DNA from: Eledone cirrhosa
Taxonomy: Eukaryota
DNA: 64,000 nt
Direction of reading: 5' to 3'
NCBI GenBank assembly: GCA_964016885.1
Contig: OZ024740.1
Span: 295,802,001-295,866,000, forward strand
Part shown: positions 1 through 16,000 of the stretch, one piece after another
How positions within the stretch are numbered: the first letter of the stretch is position 1
Layout: each line of letters begins with the position of its first letter
Made by a program: the position numbers and the translations under genes
Notes under the pieces: model-generated
Database searches by the model: none
What the model was told of the DNA's origin: nothing
Seen by the model: only the letters and a program-made list of their open reading frames with translations

Positions 1-2679
1 AAGAATATATTATATAGTGAGTGAGTGTACCTAAGAATATATTACATAGACAGTGAGTGTACCTGAGAATATATTATATAGACAGTGAGTTTACCTAAGA
101 ATATATTATATAGATAGTGAGTGTACCTAAGAATATATTATATAGACAGTGAGTGTACCTAAGAATATATTATATAGACAGTGAGTATACCTGAGAATAT
201 ATTATATAGACAGTGAGTGTACCTAAGAATATATTATATAGATAGTGAGTGTACCTAAGAATATATTATATAGACAGTGAGTGTACCTAAGAATATATTA
301 TATAGATAGTGAGTGTACTGAAAATATATTGTATAGACAGTGAGTGTACCTAAGAATATATTATATAGACAGTGAGTGTACCTGAGAATATATTTTATAG
401 ACAGTGAGTGTTCCTAAGAATATATTATATAGACAGCAAGTGTACTGAATATATATTATATAGACAATGAGTGTACCTAAGAATATGTTATATAGACAGT
501 GAGTGTACCTAAGAATATATTATATAGACAGTGAGTGTACCAAAGAATATATTATATAGACAGTGAGTGTACCTGAGAATATATTATATAGACAGTGAGT
601 GTACCTAAGAATATATTATATAGATAGTGAGTGTATCCAAGAATATATTATATAGACAGTGAGTGTACCTGAGAATATATTATATTGTCAGTGAGTGTAC
701 CTAAGAATATATTATATAGACAGTGAATGTATACAAGAATATATTATATAGACAGTGAGTGTATCTGAGAATATATTATATAGACAGTGAGTGTACATAA
801 GAATATATTATATAGACAGTGAGTGTACCTAAGAATATATTAGATAGATAGTGAGTGTATCTAAGAATATATTATATAGATAGTGAGTGTATCTAAGAAT
901 ATATTATATAGACAGTGAGTATACCTAAGAATATATTATATAGACAGTGAGTGTACCTGAGAATATATTATATAGACAGTGAGTGTACCTAAGAATATAT
1001 TATATAGATAGTGAGTGTACCTAAGAATATATTATATAGACAGTGAGTGTACCTAAGAATATATTATATAGACAGTGAGTGTACCTAATAATATATTATA
1101 TAGACAGTGATTGTACCTACGAATATATTATATAGGCACTGACTGGACCTGAGAATATATTATATAGACAATAAGTGTACCTAAGAATATATTATATAGA
1201 GAGTGAGTGTACTGAGAATATATTATATAGACAGTGAGTGTACCTAAGAATATATTATATAGACAGTGAGTGTACCTAAGAATATATTATATAGAGATCG
1301 AGTGTACCCGAGAATATATTATATAGACAGTGAGTGTACCTAAGAATATATTATATAGACAGTGAGTGTACCTAAGAATATATTATATAGACAGTGAGTG
1401 TACTGAGAATATATTATATAGCCAGTGAGTGTACCTAAGAATATATTATATAGAGAGTGAGTGTACCTAAGAATATATTATATAGACAGTGAGTGTACTT
1501 AAGAATATATTATATAGACAGGGAGTGTACCTGAGAATATATTATATAGACAGTGAGTGTTCCTAAGAATATATTATATAGACAGCAAGTGTACTGAATA
1601 TATATTATATAAACAATGAGTGTACCTAAGAATATATTATATAGACAGTGAGTGTACCTAAGAATATATTATATAGACAGAGAGTGTACCTAAGAATATA
1701 TTATATAGACAGTGAGTGTACCTAAGAATATATTATATAGACAGTGAGTGTAGCTAAGAATATATTATATAGACAGTGAGTGTTCCTAAGAATATATTAT
1801 ATAGACAGTGAGTGTACTGAACATATATTATATAGACAATGAGTGTACCTAAGAATATATTATATAGACAGTGAGTGTATCTGACAATATATTATAGAGA
1901 GTGATTGTACCTAACAATATATTATATAGCGAGTGAGTGTAGCTAAGAATATATTATATAGACAGTGAGTGTACCTAAGAATATATTATATAGGCACTGA
2001 CTGGACCTGAGAATATATTATATAGACAATAAGTGTACCTAAGAATATATTATATAGAGAGTGAGTGTACTGAGAATATATTATATAGACAGTGAGTGTA
2101 CTGAGAATATATTATATAGACAGTGAGTGTACCTAAGAATATATTATATAGTGAGTGAGTGTACCTAAGAATATATTACATAGACAGTGAGTGTACCTGA
2201 GAATATATTATATAGACAGTGAGTGTACCTAAGAATATATTATATAGATAGTGAGTGTACCTAAGAATATATTATATAGAGAGTGAGTCTACCTAAGAAT
2301 ATATTATATAGACAGTGAGTATACCTAAGAATATATTATATAGACAGTGAGTGTACCTGAGAATATATTATATAGACAGTGAGTGTACCTAAGAATATAT
2401 TATATAGACAGTGAGTGTACCTGAGAATATATTTTATAGACAGTGAGTGTTCCTAAGAATATATTATATAGACAGCAAGTGTACTGAATATATATTATAT
2501 AGACAATGAGTGTACCTAAGAATGTGTTATATAGACAGTGAGTGTACCTAAGAATATCTTATATAGACAGTGAGTGTACCAAAGAATATATTATATAGAC
2601 AGTGAGTGTACCTAAGAATGTATTATATAGACAGTGAGTGTACCTAAGAACATATTATATAGACATTGAGTGTTCCTAA

Positions 2680-5600
2680 GAATATATTATATAGACAGTG
2701 AGTGTACTGAATATATATTATATAGACAATGAGTGTACCTAAGAATATATTATATAGACAGTGAGTGTATATAACCATATATTATATAGACAGTGAGTGT
2801 ACCTAAGAATATATTATATAGAGAGTGCGTGTACTGAATATATATTATATAGACAATGAGTAAACCTAAGAATATATTATATAGAGAGTGAGTGTACCTA
2901 AGAATATATTATATAGACAGTGACTGTACCTAAGAATATATTATATAGACAGTGAGTGTACCTAAGAATATATTATATAGACAGTGAGTGTACCTAACAA
3001 TATATTATATAGACAGTGAGTGTACCTAAGAATATATTATATAGCGAGTGATTGTACCTAAGAATATATTATATAGACAGTGAGTGTACCTAATAATATA
3101 TTATATAGACAGTGATTGTACCTAAGAATATATTAAATAGGCACTGACTGGACCTGAGAATATATTATATAGACAATAAGTGTAGCTAAGAATATATTAT
3201 ATAGAGAGTGAGTGTACTGAGAATATATTATATAGACAGTGAGTGTACTGAGAATATATTATATAGACAGTGAGTGTACCTAAGAATATATTATATAGAG
3301 AGTGAGTGTACCCGAGAATATATTATATAGACAGTGAGTGTACCTAAGAATATATTATATAGGCAGTGAGTCTACCTAAGAATATATTATATAGACAGTG
3401 AGTGTACTGAGAATATATTATATAGACAGTGAGTGTACCTAAGAATATATTATATAGACAGGGAGTGTATCTGAGAATATATTATATAGACAGTGAGTGC
3501 ACCTAAGAATATATTATATAGCTAGTGAGTGTACCTGAGATTATATTATATAGACAGTGAGAGTTCCTAAGAATATATTATATAGACAGCAAGTGTACTG
3601 AATATATATTATATAGACAATCAGTGTACCTAAGAATATATTATATAGACAGTGAGTGTACCTAAGAGTATATTATATAGACAGAGAGTGTACCTAAGAA
3701 TATATTATATAGACAGTGAGTGTACCTAAGAATATATTATATAGACAGTGAGTGTACCTAAGAATATATTATATAGACAGTGATTGTTCCTAAGAATATA
3801 TTATATAGACAGTGAGTGTACCTAACAATATATTATATAGAGAGTGAGTGTACCTAAGAATATATTATATAGGCACTGACTGGACCTGAGAATATATTAC
3901 ATAGACAATAAGTGTACCTAAGAATATATTATATAGAGAGTGAGTGTACTGAGAATATATTATATAGACAGTGAGTGTACTGAGAATATATTATATAGAC
4001 AGTGAGTGTACCTAAGAATATATTATATAGAGAGTGAGTGTACCTAAGAATATATTATATAGACAGTGAGTATACCTAAGAATATATTATATAGAGAGTG
4101 AGTCTACCTAAGAATATTTTATATAAACAGTGAGTGTACCTAAGAATATATTATATAGACAGTGAGTGTACCTGAGAATATACTATATAGACAGTGAGTG
4201 TACCTAAGAATATATTATATAGATAGTGAGTGTACCTAAGAATATATTATATAGACAGTGAGTATACCTAAGAATATATTATATAGATAGTGAGTGTACT
4301 GAGAATATATTATATAGACAGTGAGTGTACCTAAGAATATATTATATAGACAGTGAGTGTACCTGAGAATATATTATATAGACAGTGAGTGTTCCTAAGA
4401 ATATATTATATAGACAGCAAGTGTACTGAATATATATTATATAGACAATGAGTGTACCTAAGAATATATTATATAGACAGTGAGTGTACTTAAGAATATA
4501 TTATATAGACAGTGAGTGTACCAAAGAATATATTATATAGACAGTGAGTGTACGTAAGAATATATTATATAGACAGTGAGTGTACCTAAGAACATATTAT
4601 ATAGACAGTGAGTGTTCCTAAGAATATATTATATAGACAGTGAGTGTACTGAATACATATTATATAGACAATGAGTGTACCTAAGAATATATTATATAGT
4701 CAGTGAGTGTACATAACAATATATTATATAGACAGTGAGTGTACCTAAGAATATATTATATATGCAGTAAATGTACCTAACAATATATTATATAGACAGT
4801 GAGTGTATCTAAGAATATATTATATAGAGAGTGAGTGTACTGAATATATATTATATAGACAATGAGTGTACCTAAGAATATATTATATAGAGAGTGAGTG
4901 TACCTAAGAATATATTATATAGATAGTGAGTGTACCTGAGAATATATTATATAGACAGTGAGTATTCCTAAGAATATATTATATAGAGAGCAAGTGTACT
5001 GAATATATATTATATAGACAATGAGTGTACCTAATAATATATTATATAGACAGTGATTGTACCTAAGGATATGTTATATAGACAGTGAGTGTTCCTAAGA
5101 ATATATTATATAGACAGTGAGTGTACTGAATATATATTATATAGACAATGAGTGTACCTAAGAATATATTATATAGACAGTGAGTGTACCCAAGAATATA
5201 TTATATAGACAGTGAGTGTACCAAATAATATATTATATAGATAGTGAGTGTACCTGAGAATATATTATATAGAGAGTGAGTGTACCTAAGAATATATTAT
5301 ATAGACAGTGAGTGTACCTGAGAATATATTATATAGATAGTGAGTGTACCTAACAATATATTATATAGACAGTGAGTGTACCTAATATATAGACAGTGAG
5401 TGTACCTAAGAATATATTATATAGAGAGTGAGTGTACCTAAGAATATATTGTATAGAGAGTGAGTGTACCTAAGAATATATTATATAGAGAGTGAGTGTA
5501 CCTAAGAATATATTATATAGACAGTGAGTGTACCTGAGAATATATTATATAGACAGCGAGTGTACATAAGAATATATTATATAGATAGTGAGTGTACCTG

Positions 5601-8600
5601 AGAATATATATAGACAGAGAGTGTACTGAGACTATATTATATAGACAGTGAGTGTACCTGAGAATATATTATATAGATAGTGAGTGTATCTGAGAATATA
5701 TTATATAGATAGTGAGTGTACCTAAGAATTTATTATATAGAGAGTGAGTGTACCTAAGAATATATTATATAGACAGTGAGTGTACCTAAGAATATATTAT
5801 ATAGACAGTAAGTGTACCTAAGAATATATTATATAGAGAGTGAGTGTACCTATGAATATTTTATATAGACAGTAAGTGTACCTAACAATATATTATATAG
5901 ACATATAGAATATATTATATAGAGAGTGATTTTACCTAAGAATATATTATATAAACAGTGAGTGTACCTAATAATATATTATAGAGACAGTGATTGTACC
6001 TAAGGATATATTATATAGACAGTGAGTGTACCTAATAATATATTATATAGACACTGACTGGACTGAGAATATATTATATAGACAATAAGTGTACCTAATA
6101 ATATATTATATAGAGATTGAATGTACTGAGAATATATTATATAGACAGTGAGTGTACTGAGAATATATTATATAGACAGTGAGTGTACATAAGAATATAT
6201 TATATAGAGATTGAGTGTATCTAAGAATATATTATATAGACAGTGAGTGTACCTAAGAATATATTATATAGAGAGTGAGTGTACCTGAGAATATATTATA
6301 TAGACAGTGAGTGTACCTAAGAATATATTATATAGATAGTGAGTGTACCTGAGAATATATTATATAGACAGTGAGTGTTCCTAAGTATATATTATATAGA
6401 CAGCAAGTGTACTGAATATATATGATATAGACAATGAGTGTACCTAAGAATATATTATATAGACAGTGAGTGTACCTAAGAACATATTATATAGACAGTG
6501 AGTGTAACTAAGAATATATTATATAGATAGTGAGTGTACCTGAGAATATATTATATAGACAGTGAGTGTTCCTAAGAATATATTATATAGACAGCAAGTG
6601 TACCTGAGAATATATATTATATAGACAATGAGTGTACCTAAGAATATATTATATAGACAGTGAGTGTACCTAAGAATATATTATATAGACAGTGAGTGTA
6701 CCTAAGAATATATTATATAGACAGTGAGTGTACCTGAGAATATATTATATAGATAGTGAGTGTACCTGAGAATATATTATATAGACAGTGAGTGTTCCTA
6801 AGAATATATTATATAGACAGCAAGTGTACTGAATATATATTATATAGACAATGAGTGTACCTAAAATATATTATATAGACAGTGAGTGTACCTAAGAATA
6901 TATTATATAGACAGTGAGTGTACCTAACAATATATTCAGTGAGTGTACCTAAGAATATATTATATAGACAGTGAGTGTTCCTAACAATATATTATATAGA
7001 CAGTGAGTGTACTGATTATATATTATATAGACAATGAGTGTACCTAAGAATATATTATATAGACAGTAAGTGTACCTAAAAATATATTATATAGACAGTG
7101 AGTGTACCTAAGAATATATTATATAGACAGTGAGTGTACCTAAGAATATATTATATAGAGAGTGATTGTACCTAAGAATATATTATATAGACAGTGAGTG
7201 TACCTAATAATATATTATATAGACAGTGATTGTACCTATGAATATATTATATAGGCACTGACTGGACCTAAGAATATATTATATAGACAGTGAGTGTACC
7301 TATGAATATGTTATATAGATAGTGAGTGTATCCAAGAATATATTATATAGACAGTGAGTGTATCTAAGAATATATTATATAGATAGTGAGTGTATCTAAG
7401 AATATATTATATAGACAGTGAGTGTACTGAGAATATATTATATAGACAGTGAGTGTACCTAAGAATATATTATATAGACAGTGAGTGTACCTGAGAATAT
7501 ATTATATAGACAGTGAGTGTACCTGAGAATATATTATATAGACAGTGAGTGTACCTAAGAATATATTATATAGATAGTGAGTGTACCTAAGAATATATTA
7601 TATAGACAGTGAGTGTACCTAAGAATATATTATATAGATAGTGAGTGTACTGAGAATATATTATATAGACAGTGAGTGTACCTAAGAATATATTATATAG
7701 ACAGTGAGTGTACCTGAGAATATATTATATAGACAGTGAGTGTTCCTAAGAATATATTATATAGACAGCAAGTGTACTGAATATATATTATATAGACAAT
7801 GAGTGTATCTAAGAATATATTATATAGACAGTGAGTGTTCCTAAGAATATATTATATAGACAGCAAGTGTACTGAATATATATTATATAGACAATGAGTG
7901 TTCCTAAGAATATATTATATAGACAGTGAGTGTACTGAATATATATTATATAGACAATGAGTGTACCTAAGAATATATTATATAGACAGTGAGTGTATAT
8001 AACCATATATTATATAGACAGTGAGTGTACCTAAGAATATATTATATAGAGAGTGCGTGTACTGAATATATATTATATAGACAATGAGTAAACCTAAGAA
8101 TATATTATATAGAGAGTGAGTGTACCTAAGAATATATTATATAGACAGTGACTGTACCTAAGAATATATTATATAGACAGTGAGTGTACCTAAGAATATA
8201 TTATATAGACAGTGAGTGTACCTAACAATATATTATATAGACAGTGAGTGTACCTAAGAATATATTATATAGCGAGTGATTGTACCTAAGAATATATTAT
8301 ATAGACAGTGAGTGTACCTAATAATATATTATATAGACAGTGATTGTACCTAAGAATATATTAAATAGGCACTGACTGGACCTGAGAATATATTATATAG
8401 ACAATAAGTGTAGCTAAGAATATATTATATAGAGAGTGAGTGTACTGAGAATATATTATATAGACAGTGAGTGTACTGAGAATATATTATATAGACAGTG
8501 AGTGTACCTAAGAATATATTATATAGAGAGTGAGTGTACCCGAGAATATATTATATAGACAGTGAGTGTACCTAAGAATATATTATATAGGCAGTGAGTC

Positions 8601-11600
8601 TACCTAAGAATATATTATATAGACAGTGAGTGTACTGAGAATATATTATATAGACAGTGAGTGTACCTAAGAATATATTATATAGACAGGGAGTGTATCT
8701 GAGAATATATTATATAGACAGTGAGTGCACCTAAGAATATATTATATAGCTAGTGAGTGTACCTGAGATTATATTATATAGACAGTGAGAGTTCCTAAGA
8801 ATATATTATATAGACAGCAAGTGTACTGAATATATATTATATAGACAATCAGTGTACCTAAGAATATATTATATAGACAGTGAGTGTACCTAAGAATATA
8901 TTATATAGACAGAGAGTGTACCTAAGAATATATTATATAGACAGTGAGTGTACCTAAGAATATATTATATAGACAGTGAGTGTACCTAAGAATATATTAT
9001 ATAGACAGTGATTGTTCCTAAGAATATATTATATAGACAGTGAGTGTACCTAACAATATATTATATAGAGAGTGAGTGTACCTAAGAATATATTATATAG
9101 GCACTGACTGGACCTGAGAATATATTACATAGACAATAAGTGTACCTAAGAATATATTATATAGAGAGTGAGTGTACTGAGAATATATTATATAGACAGT
9201 GAGTGTACTGAGAATATATTATATAGACAGTGAGTGTACCTAAGAATATATTATATAGAGAGTGAGTGTACCTAAGAATATATTATATAGACAGTGAGTA
9301 TACCTAAGAATATATTATATAGAGAGTGAGTCTACCTAAGAATATTTTATATAAACAGTGAGTGTACCTAAGAATATATTATATAGACAGTGAGTGTACC
9401 TGAGAATATACTATATAGACAGTGAGTGTACCTAAGAATATATTATATAGATAGTGAGTGTACCTAAGAATATATTATATAGACAGTGAGTATACCTAAG
9501 AATATATTATATAGATAGTGAGTGTACTGAGAATATATTATATAGACAGTGAGTGTACCTAAGAATATATTATATAGACAGTGAGTGTACCTGAGAATAT
9601 ATTATATAGACAGCGAGTGTTCCTAAGAATATATTATATAGACAGCAAGTGTACTGAATATATATTATATAGACAATGAGTGTACCTAAGAATATATTAT
9701 ATAGACAGTGAGTGTACTTAAGAATATATTATATAGACAGTGAGTGTACCAAAGAATATATTATATAGACAGTGAGTGTACGTAAGAATATATTATATAG
9801 ACAGTGAGTGTACCTAAGAACATATTATATAGACAGTGAGTGTTCCTAAGAATATATTATATAGACAGTGAGTGTACTGAATACATATTATATAGACAAT
9901 GAGTGTACCTAAGAATATATTATATAGTCAGTGAGTGTACATAACAATATATTATATAGACAGTGAGTGTACCTAAGAATATATTATATATGCAGTAAAT
10001 GTACCTAACAATATATTATATAGACAGTGAGTGACCTAAGAATATATTATATAGAGAGTGAGTGTACTGAATATATATTATATAGACAATGAGTGTACCT
10101 AAGAATATATTATATAGAGAGTGAGTGTACCTAAGAATATATTATATAGATAGTGAGTGTACCTGAGAATATATTATATAGACAGTGAGTATTCCTAAGA
10201 ATATATTATATAGAGAGCAAGTGTACTGAATATATATTATATAGACAATGAGTGTACCTAATAATATATTATATAGACAGTGATTGTACCTAAGGATATG
10301 TTATATAGACAGTGAGTGTTCCTAAGAATATATTATATAGACAGTGAGTGTACTGAATATATATTATATAGACAATGAGTGTACCTAAGAATATATTATA
10401 TAGACAGTGAGTGTACCCAAGAATATATTATATAGACAGTGAGTGTACCAAATAATATATTATATAGATAGTGAGTGTACCTGAGAATATATTATATAGA
10501 GAGTGAGTGTACCTAAGAATATATTATATAGACAGTGAGTGTACCTGAGAATATATTATATAGATAGTGAGTGTACCTAACAATATATTATATAGACAGT
10601 GAGTGTACCTAATATATAGACAGTGAGTGTACCTAAGAATATATTATATAGAGAGTGAGTGTACCTAAGAATATATTGTATAGAGAGTGAGTGTACCTAA
10701 GAATATATTATATAGAGAGTGAGTGTACCTAAGAATATATTATATAGACAGTGAGTGTACCTGAGAATATATTATATAGACAGCGAGTGTACATAAGAAT
10801 ATATTATATAGATAGTGAGTGTACCTGAGAATATATATAGACAGAGAGTGTACTGAGACTATATTATATAGACAGTGAGTGTACCTGAGAATATATTATA
10901 TAGATAGTGAGTGTATCTGAGAATATATTATATAGATAGTGAGTGTACCTAAGAATTTATTATATAGAGAGTGAGTGTACCTAAGAATATATTATATAGA
11001 CAGTGAGTGTACCTAAGAATATATTATATAGACAGTAAGTGTACCTAAGAATATATTATATAGAGAGTGAGTGTACCTATGAATATTTTATATAGACAGT
11101 AAGTGTACCTAACAATATATTATATAGACATATAGAATATATTATATAGAGAGTGATTTTACCTAAGAATATATTATATAAACAGTGAGTGTACCTAATA
11201 ATATATTATAGAGACAGTGATTGTACCTAAGGATATATTATATAGACAGTGAGTGTACCTAATAATATATTATATAGACACTGACTGGACTGAGAATATA
11301 TTATATAGACAATAAGTGTACCTAATAATATATTATATAGAGAGTGAATGTACTGAGAATATATTATATAGACAGTGAGTGTACTGAGAATATATTATAT
11401 AGACAGTGAGTGTACATAAGAATATATTATATAGAGATTGAGTGTATCTAAGAATATATTATATAGACAGTGAGTGTACCTAAGAATATATTATATAGAG
11501 AGTGAGTGTACCTGAGAATATATTATATAGACAGTGAGTGTACCTAAGAATATATTATATAGATAGTGAGTGTACCTGAGAATATATTATATAGACAGTG

Positions 11601-13060
11601 AGTGTTCCTAAGTATATATTATATAGACAGCAAGTGTACTGAATATATATGATATAGACAATGAGTGTACCTAAGAATATATTATATAGACAGTGAGTGT
11701 ACCTAAGAACATATTATATAGACAGTGAGTGTAACTAAGAATATATTATATAGATAGTGAGTGTACCTGAGAATATATTATATAGACAGTGAGTGTTCCT
11801 AAGAATATATTATATAGACAGCAAGTGTACCTGAGAATATATATTATATAGACAATGAGTGTACCTAAGAATATATTATATAGACAGTGAGTGTACCTAA
11901 GAATATATTATATAGACAGTGAGTGTACCTAAGAATATATTATATAGACAGTGAGTGTACCTGAGAATATATTATATAGATAGTGAGTGTACCTGAGAAT
12001 ATATTATATAGACAGTGAGTGTTCCTAAGAATATATTATATAGACAGCAAGTGTACTGAATATATATTATATAGACAATGAGTGTACCTAAAATATATTA
12101 TATAGACAGTGAGTGTACCTAAGAATATATTATATAGACAGTGAGTGTACCTAACAATATATTCAGTGAGTGTACCTAAGAATATATTATATAGACAGTG
12201 AGTGTTCCTAACAATATATTATATAGACAGTGAGTGTACTGATTATATATTATATAGACAATGAGTGTACCTAAGAATATATTATATAGACAGTAAGTGT
12301 ACCTAAAAATATATTATATAGACAGTGAGTGTACCTAAGAATATATTATATAGACAGTGAGTGTACCTAAGAATATATTATATAGAGAGTGATTGTACCT
12401 AAGAATATATTATATAGACAGTGAGTGTACCTAATAATATATTATATAGACAGTGATTGTACCTATGAATATATTATATAGGCACTGACTGGACCTAAGA
12501 ATATATTATATAGACAGTGAGTGTACCTATGAATATGTTATATAGATAGTGAGTGTATCCAAGAATATATTATATAGACAGTGAGTGTATCTAAGAATAT
12601 ATTATATAGATAGTGAGTGTATCTAAGAATATATTATATAGACAGTGAGTGTACTGAGAATATATTATATAGACAGTGAGTGTACCTAAGAATATATTAT
12701 ATAGACAGTGAGTGTACCTGAGAATATATTATATAGACAGTGAGTGTACCTGAGAATATATTATATAGACAGTGAGTGTACCTAAGAATATATTATATAG
12801 ATAGTGAGTGTACCTAAGAATATATTATATAGACAGTGAGTGTACCTAAGAATATATTATATAGATAGTGAGTGTACTGAGAATATATTATATAGACAGT
12901 GAGTGTACCTAAGAATATATTATATAGACAGTGAGTGTACCTGAGAATATATTATATAGACAGTGAGTGTTCCTAAGAATATATTATATAGACAGCAAGT
13001 GTACTGAATATATATTATATAGACAATGAGTGTATCTAAGAATATATTATATAGACAGTG
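2680..13060. repeat. Tandem duplication of satellite block, period 5227-5228 bp
   Basis: Rare markers recur: ATAACC at 2771/7999 and the deleted monomer ATTCAGT at 6934/12161; boundaries approximate. Confidence 0.88.
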
Positions 13061-16000
13061 AGTGTACCTAGGAATATATTATATATACAGTGAGTGTACC
13101 TAAGCATATATTATATAGACAGTGAGTGTACCTAAGAATATATTATATAGACAGTGAGTGTACCTGAGAATATATTATATAGACAGCGAGTGTACATAAG
13201 AATATATTATATAGATAGTGAGTGTACCTGAGAATATATATAGACAGAGAGTGTACTGAGACTATATTATATAGACAGTGAGTGTACCTGAGAATATATT
13301 ATATAGATAGTGAGTGTATCTGAGAATATATTATATAGATAGTGAGTGTACCTAAGAATTTATTATATAGAGAGTGAGTGTACCTAAGAATATATTATAT
13401 AGACAGTGAGTGTACCTAAGAATATTTTATATAGACAGTAAGTGTACCTAACAATATATTATATAGACATATAGAATATATTATATAGAGAGTGATTTTA
13501 CCTAAGAATATATTATATAGACAGTGAGTGTACCTAATAATATATTATAGAGACAGTGATTGTACCTAAGGATATATTATATAGACAGTGAGTGTACCTA
13601 ATAATATATTATATAGACACTGACTGGACTGAGAATATATTATATAGACAATAAGTGTACCTAATAATATATTATATAGAGAGTGAATGTACTGAGAATA
13701 TATTATATAGACAGTGAGTGTACTGAGAATATATTATATAGACAGTGAGTGTACATAAGAATATATTATATAGAGAGTGAGTGTTCCCGAGAATATATTA
13801 TATAGACAGTGAGTGTACCTAAGAATATATTATATAGACAGTGAGTGTACCTAAGAATATATTATATAGACAGCAAGTGTACTGAATATATATTATATAG
13901 ACAATGAGTGTACCTAAGAATATATTATATAGACAGTGAGTGTACCTAAGAACACATTATATAGACAGTGAGTGTTCCTAAGAATATATTATATAGACAG
14001 TGAGTGTACGGAATATATATTATATAGACAATGAGTGTACCTAAGAATATATAATATAGACAGTGAGTGTACATAACACTATATTATATATACAGTAAGT
14101 GTACCTAACAATATATTATATAGACAGTGAGTGTACCTAAGATTATATTATATAGAGAGTGAGTGTACTGAATATATATTATATAGACAATGAGTGTACC
14201 TAAGAATATATTATATAGAGAGTGAGTGTAACTAAGAATATATTATATAGATAGTGAGTGTACCTGAGAATATATTATATAGACAGTGAGTGTTCCTAAG
14301 AATATATTATATAGACAGCAAGTGTACCTGAGAATATATATTATATAGACAATGAGTGTACCTAAGAATATATTATATAGACAGTGAGTGTACCTAAGAA
14401 TATATTATATAGACAGTGAGTGTACCTAAGAATATATTATATAGACAGTGAGTGTACCTGAGAATATATTATATAGATAGTGAGTGTACCTGAGAATATA
14501 TTATATAGATAGTGAGTGTTCCTAAGAATATATTATATAGACAGCAAGTGTACTGAATATATATTATATAGACAATGAGTGTACCTAAAATATATTATAT
14601 AGACAGTGAGTGTACCTAAGAATATATTATATAGACAGTGAGTGTACCTAACAATATATTATATAGACAGTGAGTGTACCTAAGAATATATTATATAGAC
14701 AGTGAGTGTTCCTAACAATATATTATATAGACAGTGAGTGTACTGATTATATATTATATAGACAATGAGTGTACCTAAGAATATATTATATAGACAGTGA
14801 GTGTACCTAACAATATATTATATAGACAGTGAGTGTACCTAAGAATATATTATATAGACAGTAAGTGTACCTAACAATATATTATATAGACAGTGAGTGT
14901 ACCTAAGAATATATTATATAGACAGTGAGTGTACCTAAGAATATATTATATAGAGAGTGATTGTACCTAAGAATATATTATATAGACAGTGAGTGTACCT
15001 AATAATATATTATATAGACAGTGATTGTACCTATGAATATATTATATAGGCACTGACTGGACCTAAGAATATATTATATAGACAGTGAGTGTACCTATGA
15101 ATATGTTATATAGATAGTGAGTGTATCCAAGAATATATTATATAGACAGTGAGTGTATCTAAGAATATATTATATAGATAGTGAGTGTATCTAAGAATAT
15201 ATTATATAGACAGTGAGTGTACTGAGAATATATTATATAGACAGTGAGTGTACCTAAGAATATATTATATAGACAGTGAGTGTACCTGAGAATATATTAT
15301 ATAGACAGTGAGTGTACCTGAGAATATATTATATAGACAGTGAGTGTACCTAAGAATATATTATATAGATAGTGAGTGTACCTAAGAATATATTATATAG
15401 ACAGTGAGTGTACCTAAGAATATATTATATAGATAGTGAGTGTACTGAGAATATATTATATAGACAGTGAGTGTACCTAAGAATATATTATATAGACAGT
15501 GAGTGTACCTGAGAATATATTATATAGACAGTGAGTGTTCCTAAGAATATATTATATAGACAGCAAGTGTACTGAATATATATTATATAGACAATGAGTG
15601 TACCTAAGAACATATTATATAGACAGTGAGTGTACCTAGGAATATATTATATATACAGTGAGTGTACCTAAGCATATATTATATAGACAGTGAGTGTACC
15701 TAAGAATATATTATATAGACAGTGAGTGTAACTAAGAATATATTATATAGACGGTGAGTGTACCCGAGAATATATTATATAGACAGTGATTGTACCTAAG
15801 AATATATTATATAGACAGTGAGTGTACCTAACAATATATTATATAGACAGTGAGTGTACCTAAGAATATATTATATAGAAAGTGAGTGTATCAAACAATA
15901 TATTATATAGACAGTGACTGTACCTAAGAATATATTATATAGAGAGTGAGTGTACCTAATAATATATTATATAGACAGTGATTGTACCTATGAATATATT

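Noticed and set aside
7809-8006. 65-aa ORF in the satellite
   Set aside because: Chance stop-free translation of repeat monomers with repetitive peptide and a non-ATG start.
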